Positions 11,601 to 23,310 are shown, numbered from the stretch's first letter. The stretch: 64,000 bases of DNA from Tubulanus polymorphus (GCF_964204645.1 NC_134030.1:1533355-1597354), one strand, 5' to 3'. Numbers and translations are program-made. Notes: a model not told the origin generated them from the letters alone.

Positions 11601-14600
11601 GTTATAACGTTAAAATATCTGTTATATTTAAACCGAATATTTAATTGTTGTATTTTGAATGCGATAATGCCGCTCCCTGCTAAAGTCCAGCGTCGTCATC
11701 GTGAGGGATGCGGTCATCTGTTCGGGCCCTGATTACGTTCTGTGTTCATCCTGTTGGGCTACATCGGGCGTTATATGAGTTAATCCTTCCTCGACTTGCG
11801 GATTGTGGTCGGAAGATCTATGGGTTCGGGCCGATAAGTCCCGGAAACAGAAAGTACAGTTTCTGCCGATGTGCCCATTGATGTCTCTATTTCAGAACAT
11901 CACAGCGGTCGCCGGCTGTACAAGCACGGTCGGCTTCCCAACTCCTTTCTCTGAGGAGGATCGCTGGTTCTCTAGTAACGGTCAGTCACCAGTCAATCAA
12001 CGGTTCAGCTGGTTCAGTTTCCCAGGTATCGGCGCGCGACAGTCGGGATACCTGCACAGGAACTCAGGTCCGGTCCGGGCTACTCCGAGCACCGGTCCGG
12101 TCCAGGCCTCACTGGGTAATGAACATCTGGTCCGGTCCGGGCGGCTTCGAGCACCGGTCCGGTCCAGGCATCACCAGATACTGAACATCCTGTCCAGTCA
12201 GCTCCGTGCACCGGTCCGGTCCAGGCATCACCGGGTACTGAACATCTGGTCCGGTAGCTTCGAGAACTGGTCCGGTCCAGGCATCACCGGATACTGAACA
12301 TCCTGTCCGGTCAGCTCCGTGCACCGGCCCGGTCCAGGCATCACCGGATACTGAACATCTGGTCCGGTCAGCTTTGAGAACCGGTCCAGGCATCACTGGG
12401 TACTGAACATCTGGTCCGGTAGCTTCGAGAACTGGTCCGGTCCAGGCATCACTGGGTACTGAACATCTGGTCCGGTAGCTTCGAGAACTGGCCTGGTCCA
12501 GGCATCACCGGGTACTGAACATCTGGTCCGGTCAGCTCTGTGCACCGGTCCGGTCCAGGCATCACCAGTTACTGGTCCGGTCCGGGCAGCTTTGAGCACC
12601 AGTCCATTCCAGGCATCACTGAGTACTGAACATCCAGTCTGGTCCGGTCCAGGCAACACCGGGTACTGATCATCCAGTCCGGTCCGGTCCAGGCATCACT
12701 GGGTACTGAACATCTGCTCCGGTAGCTTCGAGAACTGGTCCGGTCCAGGCATCACCGAGTACTGAACATCTGGTCCGGTAGCTTCGAGAACTGGTCCGGT
12801 CCAGGCATCACCGGGTACTGAACATCTGGTCCGGTAGCTTCGAGAACTGGTCCGGTCCAGGCATCACCGGGTACTGAACATCTGGTCCGGTAGCTTCGAG
12901 AACTGGTCCGGTCCAGGCATCACTGAGTACTGAACATCCAGTCTGGTCCGGTCCAGGCATCACCGGGTACTGATCATCCAGTCCGGTCCGGTCCAGGCAT
13001 CACCGGGTACTGAACATCCAGTCTGGTCCGGTCCAGGCATCACCAGTTACTGAACATCCAGTCCGGTCCGGTCCAGGCATCACTGGGTACTGAACATCCA
13101 GTCCGGTCCGGTCCAGGCATCACCGGGTTCTGATCATCCAGTCCGGTCCGGTCCAGGCATCACCGGGTACTGAACATCCAGTCCGGTCCGGTCCAGGCAT
13201 CACTGGGTACTGAACATCCAGTCCGGTCCGGTCCAGGCATCACTGGGTACTGAACATCCAGTCTGGTCCGGTCCAGGCATCACCGGGTACTGAACATCCA
13301 GTCTGGTCCGGTCCAGGCATCACTGGGTACTGAACATCCGGTCCGGTCCGGTCCGGTCCAGGCATCACCGGGTACTGAACATCCAGTCCGGTCCGGTCCA
13401 GGCATCACCGGGTACTGAACATCCAGTCTGGTCCGGTCCAGGCATCACTGGGTACTGAACATCCGGTTCGGTCCGGTCCGGTCCAGGCATCACCGGGTAC
13501 TGAACATCCAGTCCGGTCCAGTCCAGGCATCACCGGGTACTGAACAGGGTTCGTCGCGGTGCTTGAAAAGCTTGAAATGGCTTGAATTTGAAAAATACTA
13601 CTCAAGCGCTTGAAAACAGCTTGAAAATAGATCGAAAGCTTGAAATAATTATTTTTGACTTGAAATAAAAAGTTATGGCTTGAAATGCTTGATTATCACA
13701 AATTTTCTTCTTCGCGAATTTTTTTCGATGAAATCGCAGACAGAATATGTTCTTGAGTTGTTTCTACGCGTGCGTCATGTTTTAGGCATCAATAAAGAAA
13801 TTAATTGAATTGTATTGAATCGCTATGAGGCTCTTGTGGTGAAACTCTACGGTGTCTGGAGACATGAACATACGGGGAAATTTCAGTCATGCATGTTATC
13901 GAGCATTGATGTAAAATGGCATTGAAATCCCACACCAGGAGTGAGAGCCATGTTGAAGGCACCGCGACCTAGTCAAAGTCATTGAACATTACAAATTTCG
14001 TATTAGGCCATACAAAAATCAAGGTCTGTTTGCCGTCATCCGACCGACCCGACTTCAAAGGTACCCAGTGGAAACTTTTTTCTTGGATTCATTGAAATAA
14101 ATTGTATTTTTGATACAAATGGCCGACCCACTGCCGATGTATGAGCTATGTATGTTTGAAGTTAAGTGTGCATCATGTGAAAACATGCCTCGACTATTTA
14201 CTTGAAGTTTTCCAGGAAACTGGCAGTGTTCCAATAAGCTGCCATTCATTCTAAAGCTGGTAATGTTATAGCGTGCATATATTCAATCTACTGTTTCATT
14301 TTGAACGCAGATTTCGGATGTTGTTTCCGCTAAAAGTGGTGATGATAAATTTGTTGTTTTTTTTTGCCCCAAAATTTTGCAAAAAAAATGATGCTACCTT
14401 CCTACTGACTTATCCCAAAAATTTTAGTAGGTGTAACGGCAAAACAGACAATTAATTTGGGATGGCCAAATATCCAAATCTTGATTGATATGAATATTTA
14501 AGCTAGGAAATGCTGAAAATCATTGTGATGAACAGGTTTCATCTCTAACAGAATCGTATCAACTCGGAGGTTCCACTGGAATCAAAATTTTACCTCTTTT

Positions 14601-17600
14601 TTAACATTTTTATACGAACCTGTTCAAAATAGGCAAATTGGCTGCGACTAACGAAAATTGCTTCCAACGTGCCTTAAAAAATAGCTTGAAAATGGTATAA
14701 ATCTAGCTTGAAATGGCTTGAATTTCACCTGAGCTTGAGACAATGAACCCTGCTGAACATCTGGTCCGGTCAGCTTCCAGCACCGGTCCGGTCCAGGAAT
14801 CACCGGTTACTGAACATCCAGTCCGGTCAGCTTCCAGCACCGGTCCAGGCATCACCAGGTACTGAACATCCGGTCCGGTCAGCTTCCAGCACCGGTCCGG
14901 TCCAGGCATCACCGGTTACTGGTCCGGTCCGGGCAGCTTTGAGCACCGGTCCGGTCCAGGCATCACTGAGTACTGAACATCCAGTCCGGTCCGGTCAGCT
15001 CCGAGCACCGGTCCAGGCATCACCAGGTACTGAACATCTGGTCTGGTCCGGGCGGCCTGGCATCAATGTTTCGAATTTAAAACATGGTTATCATGGTTCT
15101 AGGTTTGGTAGAGGGCGCTCTTCTACCAGATGCAGGAGCGAGGTCACCTTCACGGAGATCGAGATCGAGGGATTATGATTGATTCTGTAGGAACCATCAT
15201 CATTCATCAGTTCAGGTCGAGGGACCGTTTAGGAAGTTCACGTCTTTCACGTCGAGGGACCGTTTAGGAAGTTCACGTCTTTGACGTCGAGGGACCGTTT
15301 AGGAAGTTCACTTCTTTCACGTCGAGGGACCGTTTAGGAAGTTCACGTCTTTCACGTCGAGGGACCGTTTAGGAAGTTCACGTCTTTCACGTCGAGGGAC
15401 CGTTTAGGAAGTTCACGTCTTTCACGTCGAGGGACCGTTAAGGAAGTCGTCACAATAATCAGGATTTCCGCGATTTCGAAAGTCAGATTTTAAACTTGTT
15501 ATTGTCATTGTAAGCTACCGCAGTTACAGGTAAGCCTATTCTTGATTGCCCGAGACAGGCGTGCAGATATTGTTCCCGACTTAAGTTTTTGGTTGATTTT
15601 CTTGTGACTTGTTTGTTTTAGGGGTGAGATGGATGAGCCTTATTGTTTTTTGACATATATAGGTCATCCAAGATGGCCGCCACAGCCATTTCAATGTGTA
15701 AAATAGCCATTTTGAAGCTTGTGACAACTCTACAATCTACAGTTTCAAACCAATTTGCCAATTACTTATTCTGTGGTTTCATAATGGTAAGAGGATGAGC
15801 CTTATTGTTTTTGACATATATAGGTCATCCAAGATGGCCGCCACAGCCATTTCAATGTGTGAAATAGCCATTTTGAAGCTTGTTACCGCTCTACGGACTT
15901 AAGTTTTAAGCTTAAGACTTAAGATGGCCACCACAGTTATATCAATGTCTTAAATCTTATCCGATTTGGAGCTTGTTACTACTTCCTAACAATACCGTAA
16001 GATGTAGAGGTTTAGAGGTTTATAATTTCATTCATACTTGTACTGTGGTTTATTTATGGTGGTCAGAGGATGAGACCTATTACAATTTGCATTCTCTACT
16101 TGACTCACTGGTCAAGGGTTAATATCTAGTTTGATAAATGTGGAGCATGTCGGTGAATCATCCCCCCCCCCCCGGACTCTGATCTCAATGTCTGATGTCA
16201 ATCGTCAGCAGTTTCAATGGAATAGGCTCGATTAGGTGTGGAACAAGTGGAATCCTCGATTGCCACAGTCGAACCTAGAGTATTAAGAGCTCAATTAGGT
16301 TCTTCTTTGCGTCTCTTCTCCAGTTGGAGTGCTCCAGTTTCCACCGAATGGAGGAAGATTCGAGATGTGCAGATTCAAGTCCACCATGCGGACTCCGGCT
16401 CCGGCTCCGGCAGCTCAAGGTTCAGCCCGAACTCACACAATGCCATCTCAAGCATCCGTACTTTCTCAAGCGGCTACTAATGCTGTTTGGAGAACAAGTG
16501 CACAGCTCCAACATTCTCGTGCCCCTTCTGGTCAGAATAATTCTAGTTCATATCAGGGAATGCTCCTAAAAGGAGCTCTTCCTCTCGGAGAAACTCAAAA
16601 TGAATGCTCGGGGCCAGTGAGAGGTTGTCTATAACGAGCAGCCACCTACTGATCCGGCGTTCCCGGGTCGTATCACGGCGGCTACTGTCTTCAATTCTGA
16701 ACACCTCCCGACATGCGCCCGAAAGCAGGTCACGAGACACTAATCTCGTTAGCTCTCAAAGATCTGGCCAAAAAGAGAGCAATAGAACCAGTACGGGACG
16801 AAGCCACATCTGGCTGGTTTTCATGAATATTTATGCTCCTGAAGACCACAGGGCGTCGATGGACTGTCATTCCTCGAGCGGCACCTGGATATCCCGAGGC
16901 TTCCGATGACTAAAACAGGGAGGTAATTCAAGGTCTCCGTCGAGGTTAATGGGCGGCTTCATTGGACCTGAAAGATGTCAGGTTCCTATTCACCCGAAAT
17001 CTCATCAATTTCACAGAATGAAGTGGAAACGCCGCCAGTTCCAGTTCAGGTCTCTTCCAGTCGGCCTCAGTACAGCCCACGCCCTGGGTATTTACCAGCT
17101 TGGGTCAAGTCCAGAAGGTACACTACACTCCAGGGCTGGGTTTCATAGATATGGAAGAAAAATAATTCCAGGGAACATTTTGAAATTTGTCAGTTATAAC
17201 CATGGTTTCTCATTGTTAGTATGGTGGTTGAGGATTTATCCCTTTGGATAACTTTGATACTCAGTCTATGAAACCGGGTCCTGGAGTATTTGTCTGTTGG
17301 TTTACCTCGACGACTGGTTACTAGTACCAAACTCGACTATAGAATGTCAGGAGGCGGTGACCGCGGTCGACCGCTGTCGTAGACTTAGTTCACCAGTTCC
17401 GCGTAAACTAAGTAAAATCTCACTTGATGCCGTCCCAACAGTTCACATCTCCGGATCAGCACGGTCTTTCCGTCCATGGCTCGAGTAGCCAAACTTCAAG
17501 AAGCGTAGTTACCACAAACGAGAGGACAGCTAGTTATCGGTGACGCCTGTGGCTAAATGCAATACCGCACTGCCAGGGGTCGTATCTCTGGCTATCTACA

Positions 17601-20600
17601 CATTCAGAGAATATTAACTAAAACCATAGGAAAGGGTCAAGCACTACTCCGAAAAAAAACTAATTTTATTTCCAAAAAATTATGATATTATATGGATTGC
17701 ATGCTGTGTGGAAGAAGTTTTCAAAATTATTTAGGAGCTTATTATAATTTGAATGCATGAATTGAGAGCAATTTGAAATGTGTTGATATCCAAAAGTGTC
17801 TCCATTGACTTCACTCATTCACCTGATGAAGCTTCTATACATTAGTACCCAAAGCTTGTGTGTCAAATAAACTAGTTACACGTCCTATAAAGTATTACTT
17901 GTCTCGTTATATATTCTAAACCCCAGTTAACAATTCCAGTAAGTCAGGTTTAGGGAATAGATATTTAAACCTTGAGATGAAACCGATGTGATACAATTCC
18001 AGTAAGTCAGGTTTAGGGAATAGATATTTAAACCTTGAGATGATACCGATGTTATACAATTCCAGTAAGTCAGGTTTAGGGAATAGATATTTAAACCTTG
18101 AGATTAAACCGATGTAATACAATTCCAGTAAGTCAGGTTTAGGGAATAGATATTTAAACCTTCAGATGAAACCGATGTGATACAATCCCAGTAAGTCAGG
18201 TTTAGGGAATAGATATTTAAACCTTGAGATGAAACCGATGTGATACAATTCCAGTAAGTCAGGTTTAGGAAATAGATATTTAAACCTTCAGATGATACCG
18301 ATGTGATACAATTCCAGTAAGTCAGGTTTAGGGAATAGATATTTAAACCTTCAGATGAAACCGATGTGATACAATTCCAGTAAGTCAGGTTTAGGGAATA
18401 GATATTTAAACCTTGAGATGAAACCGATGTGATACAATTCCAGTAAGTCAGGTTTAGGGAATAGATATTTAAACCTTCAGATGATACCGATGTGATACAA
18501 TTCCAGTAAGTCAGGTTTAGGGAATAGATATTTAAACCTTTAGATGATACCGATGTGATACAATTCCAGTAAGTCAGGTTTAGGGAATAGATATTTAAAC
18601 CTTCAGATGATACCGATGTAATACAATTCCAGTAAGTCAGGTTTGATATTTAAACCTTGAGATGATACCGATGAATTTAGCAATTTTGAATGAATTAAAC
18701 CAATATGAGATTTCGATCCTAAGAATATTGGAAGCTTGTGTTTAACGTTACTAAATATTGATATTATATAAAGCTAGAAGGACACGAGCGTATCCATTTT
18801 TTGCCCGATCGCGACGATTAAATTCGCCGGTGAATTTATACGCCCGATACGAGCGGGTACCGATCTATCTATAAATCGGCCGTCACGGTGATTTCGTCGC
18901 CCGCCGACATTAAACATGTTCGATATTTACGCCGGTGTTCGGGTCACTTGTTAATTCGCTCGGCTTGTCGGCAAGCTTAAAAAGATTTAGAAAAAACTAG
19001 AAATTCTCATTCCTGAATGAACTGGATTCATCTGGGTTCAGTTTCATGAGACACAGTTCAAACTGCTCTTGAATTTGAGTTTGTAATTAATGTATGTGAT
19101 TATAATGAATTGTATTTTTGTTTTACAGCTTTGGCATTTCGGTTAAGTCGTGCGTTCCGGCGGGAGGAGTTCGTCAGAATATTTCTACCGGAGTGTAAGT
19201 AGTTTAACTATTTTCATACAATATCATTTAGTGTGACGTGTGTTACTGATTCAGGCACGGATCCAGGAATGTTTCCAAGACGGGGTTCATAAAAATGCTG
19301 ACTAAAATCTCTAATAATAGCCGGGGCCTATACGGCATATTTTTTGGCCAAACATAAGGCCTTTTTTTAATAGCATGGTTTGGTTGCTCCCAAAATTTGA
19401 AGAAACATAAAATAAAAAAGAATTAGAAAAAAAATTTTTTATTCCTGTCTGTGAAACAAATTCAGTGAAAAACCGAGCAAAAAAGATTTTTCACCTCGGC
19501 CGAATGAGAATCCTGGATTGAACGATGAAACAATTGAAAAACGCGAGGTTCTTTTTTGATCGCAGTGTGCAGAATTCAAACTTTCCAAGAATCATTTGTT
19601 CGGACATATGTATATTGCCCTATTGACAGTTCCCTCTTCCTTCTAAAAGTGATTTTATCTCACTGAGGGAATTTTTAAAAAATTTTCTCTGAAATGATAT
19701 GGTAGCGTTTTTTTTTTTTGCTTTAAAAATTTTTTGGTAGCCGATCAGCGGGGTCACGACCCCTGAAACCCTCCCTGGATCCGCGCCTATGATATCTCCT
19801 CAAAATCTAATAAAAACTTTCAATGAATTAATGCTGTAATGACGATATGTAGCCATCTGTCTATTTGAATGCATTTGCAAAAAGACAAAAAGAAATAGTA
19901 GCAGAATTTTGGCTAAAAGTTTAGAATACCCAAATTCAACATTGCTTGCAGCAGACGGAATTTCCGCCATTTTGGTTAACAGGGGATTCCCCCCTCCGGT
20001 ACTTCCCATGATCAATAGTGTCTATGACGCGTTGCGTACGGAATGCCATGGAATTCCCTCACATGATTTATGATAATAATGTTTACTTGCATTCTGATTG
20101 GTTAAAATCGCGTGTAGTTTGAACGTAGGCAATGTTTACATTTGTAACGTCACAGGCGAGTCGCTGACATTAACGTAGTCATTGAGTTAACATTATCTTG
20201 CACTGAATGGTGATATCAATCGCATTCATTTTATAAATTTTTTGAATATGAATTTGTTTTTATATATCAACTGCGAGTAACAGTGTTACGCTATTGAGTC
20301 TTAAGAGACAGCCTTTATGGACCTTATTGGTTGTTATAACTCACAAGCTGACTGAGTTAGCATTCTGGATCCGTCAGATTAGTTACTTCTAGAAAATATG
20401 TTAGTCACATTTTCTGACTATATTCTGGAAAACAGTGGAAGCTTGTATCCACCCTAGATTAGAACCAATCAGAATAGAACCAATCAGAATACACTATTTT
20501 ACAGAAAATATATTTATGACAATTGCGTAAGGTTTTAGTAAAATAGTGTTTTTTCTCGAGTAGTTGCCGAAGAAGCATAAAAATTTGATTCAATTTCATT

Positions 20601-22713
20601 CAGATTTAAACAAACAAATCGAATTTCATTTCATTCAGCGCAAACTTCAAATCTAATTAAAATTTTGTTCAGTATGAATAAGTTGCAAATCATTGAGAGG
20701 AAAAAATAATTAATTGTGTTACTTAAAAAAATCACAATTGTACTGTGTTTATCAAAACAGGAGACCACAGGACCTTTGGTCCTCTAGTATTCTTTTCCTA
20801 GTTATTCCAAAAACACTAAAACAGTCCAATCAGCGATCACTGCCAGACCAACACGATTACATTGAAATCAAACTTAAGTAACATCAGGCGCCCCCTGTTG
20901 GAATAATATTCATAGCCGTAGCATCGAAACCATTCGACTTGTTGTTTAATGTATTTCTCTCTATTTTTATTTTACAGTGATGATCATTTTACAAGACTGC
21001 CCGTTTGGGGACTTGGTGGGGGAATTCAAAAGAAACTTGGTTCCCGATAGGATACCACCACCGGTTAATCCTATGTCGCCCGCTGCTGCCCCTCCCCCAC
21101 GTCCATTAAATTCGCCTCAGCAGCGGCCTGTCAGACAGCCGCCCCCGGCCGCCACTCGTTCGTCAGACAGAGTCCGGGGACGGCTGTTTGAAGGAGATCT
21201 GACGGAGGTAAGAATCTTTATTTGTTTTCATATTTTATTCAGGATATCAGTTGAAGTTCAGCAAATAAATTACCAGACCTGTAAACAGAAGAGTAGTCAT
21301 AAATTTCCATTTGCGGGTAAAACCCCATAGTCGAAAACCTTCGGTTATTGATCTATATCTGCTTAAGACCAATGGTTGTACACACGAGTGCGAAAACTTA
21401 TCGCTCAAACTTTGATTGTATCCATGGTAATGCGTACAGTATACTATGCGTGACTTACCGTTTCCTATCACTGGAATACAATACTGTTTTTGACCATGAG
21501 CGCCATCTGCGGCGGTCATAACGGACTGACTGGTGATTGGCTGAAATGCTCGTCTACCGTGGTGACGATTATTCGGTGTTACATGTGCAGCAGACACGTC
21601 TCTGAATATCTAACATTTGATTGTTGTAACTCATCGGGAAAAATGTGTTTATGGGTCGATTGAGAAAATTGGCTGCGTACGTCAAGAAGGCGGCTGATAT
21701 TTGTATCGTGTGACCCCTCGTCCCGGTAATATGCCGACCCACGTACACCTGAGACCAGTTGCATAGTCAGAGCTTAGAATTAAGACCGTTCTAAGACCAA
21801 CTTAGTTCTATAGCCAATCTAATAACTTAAGACCAGTCTTTAGATTTAAGACCACTTTTGGACTTAAGTCTTGACCATGGAATCAGCCCCAGATGCTTAT
21901 TCCGCTGTATTGGATGCTGACGTGCTCGTGTCTTCCAGCAATGTTGTTATTCACCAAAAATATCATGTTTTGTTCGAATAACACAATTCATCTGAGTCTA
22001 GGTTTAACGGATGACACGTTCAAACAGAACTACGAAATCAATATCAAAAGTCCTTTTATATTGAAACGGTCCCAGAAGTCCCTGTTATAATGGGTACTTT
22101 TTCAAAAAAAGTAACGAGAACTCCGATGGCTTTCCGTATCGGTAAAAACTAACTATTTCTATGAGCGTCACTCGTAGATTTACCGAAACGCCACCTTGTG
22201 ACACGATATCCTAACTACGTATAGGTGTTTTATTTGCTGAATCGCTGGTTTCTCATTCTCATTTTTTATACTTGTGTTTAATTTTATACTAAACAAATTT
22301 TTCACTTTTTCTCTTTACAGACACGACCACCGCCAAAAAAAACAAGAACTAAAAGGAAAAGAAAAGTTGCGGTCGTCGTGGCTCCGCAGGGAGGAGGAGC
22401 AAGAGTGGTCCCGGCGGATGGTGCGGCTGACGAAGGTAATCGGGAGGAAGGGGAGGGGATAAATAGGAAGCGGCCGAGGAGGGATGGTGGTGGGGCTGGG
22501 GATGGTGCGGGTCCTGCTCCTCCTGCTCCTCCATCCGTATCTCGGGCGGTCACTCGTTCACTCGCCAAAAAGCTGGCGAGTGAACGAGTGGCCCGAGAGG
22601 TAGAGGTGGTGGCCCGACATACGGATGGAATGTGGGAGGAGCGGCTTCGTTCGGGGACAATTCCGGATTTGTTAACTGATTTAAAAAATATTCTTTCAGT
22701 GAAGGGATATTAG
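5695..22713 (+). CDS. Spliced micro-exon gene, copy A; 340 aa low-complexity, probably disordered nuclear protein of unknown family
   Basis: Exons 5695-5757 (MPKATKKTRGAGPSHSSPYNK), 6919-7002 (GTA-Q15-KFNISMSGID), 7413-7451 (FLPTTPPSGTSTP), 8952-8978 (DLSPIQHVD), 10870-10908 (HQFASEARSPSLN), 11119-11200 (LSNNSSSSNSSSSAPLPPETPPDLQAR), 19129-19194 (TLAFRLSRAFRREEFVRIFLPE), 20978-21207 (LMIILQDCPFG...RGRLFEGDLTE), 22321-22713 (TRPPPKKTRTKRKRKV...SVKGY*). All have polypyrimidine-YAG acceptors (ag at 5690-5691 for the first) and GTAAGT/GTAAGA donors; intron phases 0,0,0,0,0,1,1,0 join without a stop. Confidence 0.85.
5819..5932. mobile_element. Short fold-back MITE; similar short elements at 17127-17287 and 21748-21892
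   Basis: GGGTCCAGTTTCACAAA / TTTGTGAAACTAGGCCC inverted ends. Confidence 0.6.
7751..8877 (+). mobile_element. Helentron-like non-autonomous element (HINE-type), present only in copy A
   Basis: Absent at 41795-41805 in copy B. Subterminal inverted repeats GGTTTACCTT (7757) / AAGGTAAACC (8846) followed by the palindrome TTGCCCATGGGCAA; inserted in a T run. Confidence 0.75.
9803..10115. mobile_element. MITE
   Basis: 14-bp TIRs ATGGGATACCCGCA / TGCGGGTATCCCAT plus an inner inverted pair CCACCAGATGGCGC / GCGACACCTGGTGG. Confidence 0.65.
10502..10719. mobile_element. MITE
   Basis: Imperfect TIRs CAGGTCCGTAGC / GCTACGTTCCTG. Confidence 0.55.
13545..14752. mobile_element. Non-autonomous TIR DNA transposon with 5-bp TSD (hAT5-like)
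   Basis: Ends CAGGGTTC...GAACCCTG flanked by CTGAA on both sides, splitting a GGGTACTGAACAT satellite unit; subterminal GCTTGAAA repeats. Confidence 0.85.
14006..14467. mobile_element. MITE nested in the hAT5-like element (copy B 46778-47237)
   Basis: Imperfect ~30-bp TIRs GGCCATACAAAAATCAAGGTCTGTTTGCCGT / ACGGCAAAACAGACAATTAATTTGGGATGGCC. Confidence 0.7.
15216..15447. repeat. 35-bp tandem repeat, 6 full units (copy B 47934-48095, 4 units)
   Basis: GTCGAGGGACCGTTTAGGAAGTTCACGTCTTTCAC. Confidence 0.97.
15510..16160. mobile_element. Probable non-autonomous element with internal ~161-bp repeats (CAAGATGGCCGCC core); copy B about 48160-49110
   Basis: AT-rich block interrupting the DIRS remnant; 2 internal units in A and 4 in B. 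Ends not precisely defined. Confidence 0.5.
17820..17905 (+). mobile_element. Possible Penelope-like terminal remnant with a degenerate hammerhead core (copy B 50750-50835)
   Basis: CTGATGAA, an imperfect stem GCTTCTA/TAGTACC, CAAA in place of GAAA, then GCTTG...AATAAA...GTC. Confidence 0.35.
17930..18672. repeat. 63-bp tandem repeat, about 12 units (copy B 50860-51981, about 18 units)
   Basis: ACAATTCCAGTAAGTCAGGTTTAGGGAATAGATATTTAAACCTTGAGATGAAACCGATGTGAT. Confidence 0.97.
19252..19791. mobile_element. MITE
   Basis: TIRs AGGCACGGATCCAGG / CCTGGATCCGCGCCT. Confidence 0.65.
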
Positions 22714-23144
22714 GTGCCTTGAACGCATGAGTCGTTCATGCGCGCCTAATATGCCTTCACTGAAAAAAAATCAACTATAACATGTACCACATATTTTTTG
22801 ATTTAATTTTAGTCCAATTCCACAATTATTTCGGCTTACAATAGTGTCTTCAATTCTTTAAAGCCCAAAGCACCTTTTTGACTCAACATCCAGTATGAAG
22901 GTGGCCGGGAATCGGGCCTGTTTTCTTCCATTTTTGTATCCCGCCCAGCATACTGGTTGTTGACTCGAAAAGGTGCTCGCTCTGGGAGCTTATCAAAGGC
23001 AGGTGATGGGAAAGGTGCCATCACACACTCTCCTTTGATAAGTTTCCTAGAGTGTCACGGGCTTTAACGGGTTGAATTCACTATAATACCAATTTTCCAA
23101 AATCAATTTAATTTCTTTCAGGCCATTCTTTTTCCATGTTTTTC

Positions 23145-23310
23145 TGGTACATGTTATGGTTGATTTCCATTTTCGAAAATCCGGAATTGAAGCCGTTCGA
23201 AGTCGGGGGGATGGTGGTGGGGTTGGGTTAGTTTAGGGTTCCTCTCTGATTACCTTCTTTAGCTCATCATCCGTGCAGGTGGCGCTTGCTCTTCTAGCCG
23301 GTGTTCCCTG
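23145..23310 (-). pseudogene. Highly decayed inverted copy of terminal exon and 3' flank (copy B equivalent about 56473-56640)
   Basis: Reverse complement has GAAGGTAATC, CAATTCCGGATTT and AATCAACCATAACATGTACCA in the same order as in 22432-22790. Confidence 0.55.

Larger units (their letters stand above)
12066..15062. repeat. GC-rich 40/58-bp composite satellite (CCGGTCCGGTCCAGGCATCACCGGGTACTGAACATC) in the DIRS gag region, split by the hAT5-like insertion (copy B 44985-47780)
   Basis: Tandem units visible directly on both sides of 13545-14752. Confidence 0.95.
11290..17500 (+). mobile_element. Decayed DIRS-type retrotransposon (gag and RT remnants) inside the largest intron, copy A; ends approximate
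   Basis: Cys-rich gag-like start from 11667 (GCGH..CSSC..CGLWSEDLW). RT motifs at 16610-17400: PVRGCL, GYCLQF, KRAIEPV, AASLDLKD, VPIHPKSH..FQFRSLPVGLSTA, YLDDWLL. Many stops and frameshifts; no tyrosine recombinase seen. Confidence 0.8.

Noticed and set aside
11803-15178. Several Pro/Gly-rich ORFs
   Set aside because: By-products of the GC-rich satellite inside the DIRS relic.
17916-18672. LRR-like 21-aa periodic ORF (PDLLELYHIG) on the minus strand
   Set aside because: Lacks the LxxLxLxxN consensus, and many units carry an in-frame TGA.
22321-22370. Resemblance to the SV40 large T NLS (PPKKKRKV) suggesting a viral origin
   Set aside because: Only a short basic motif; no J domain, LxCxE, origin-binding or helicase sequence is visible.
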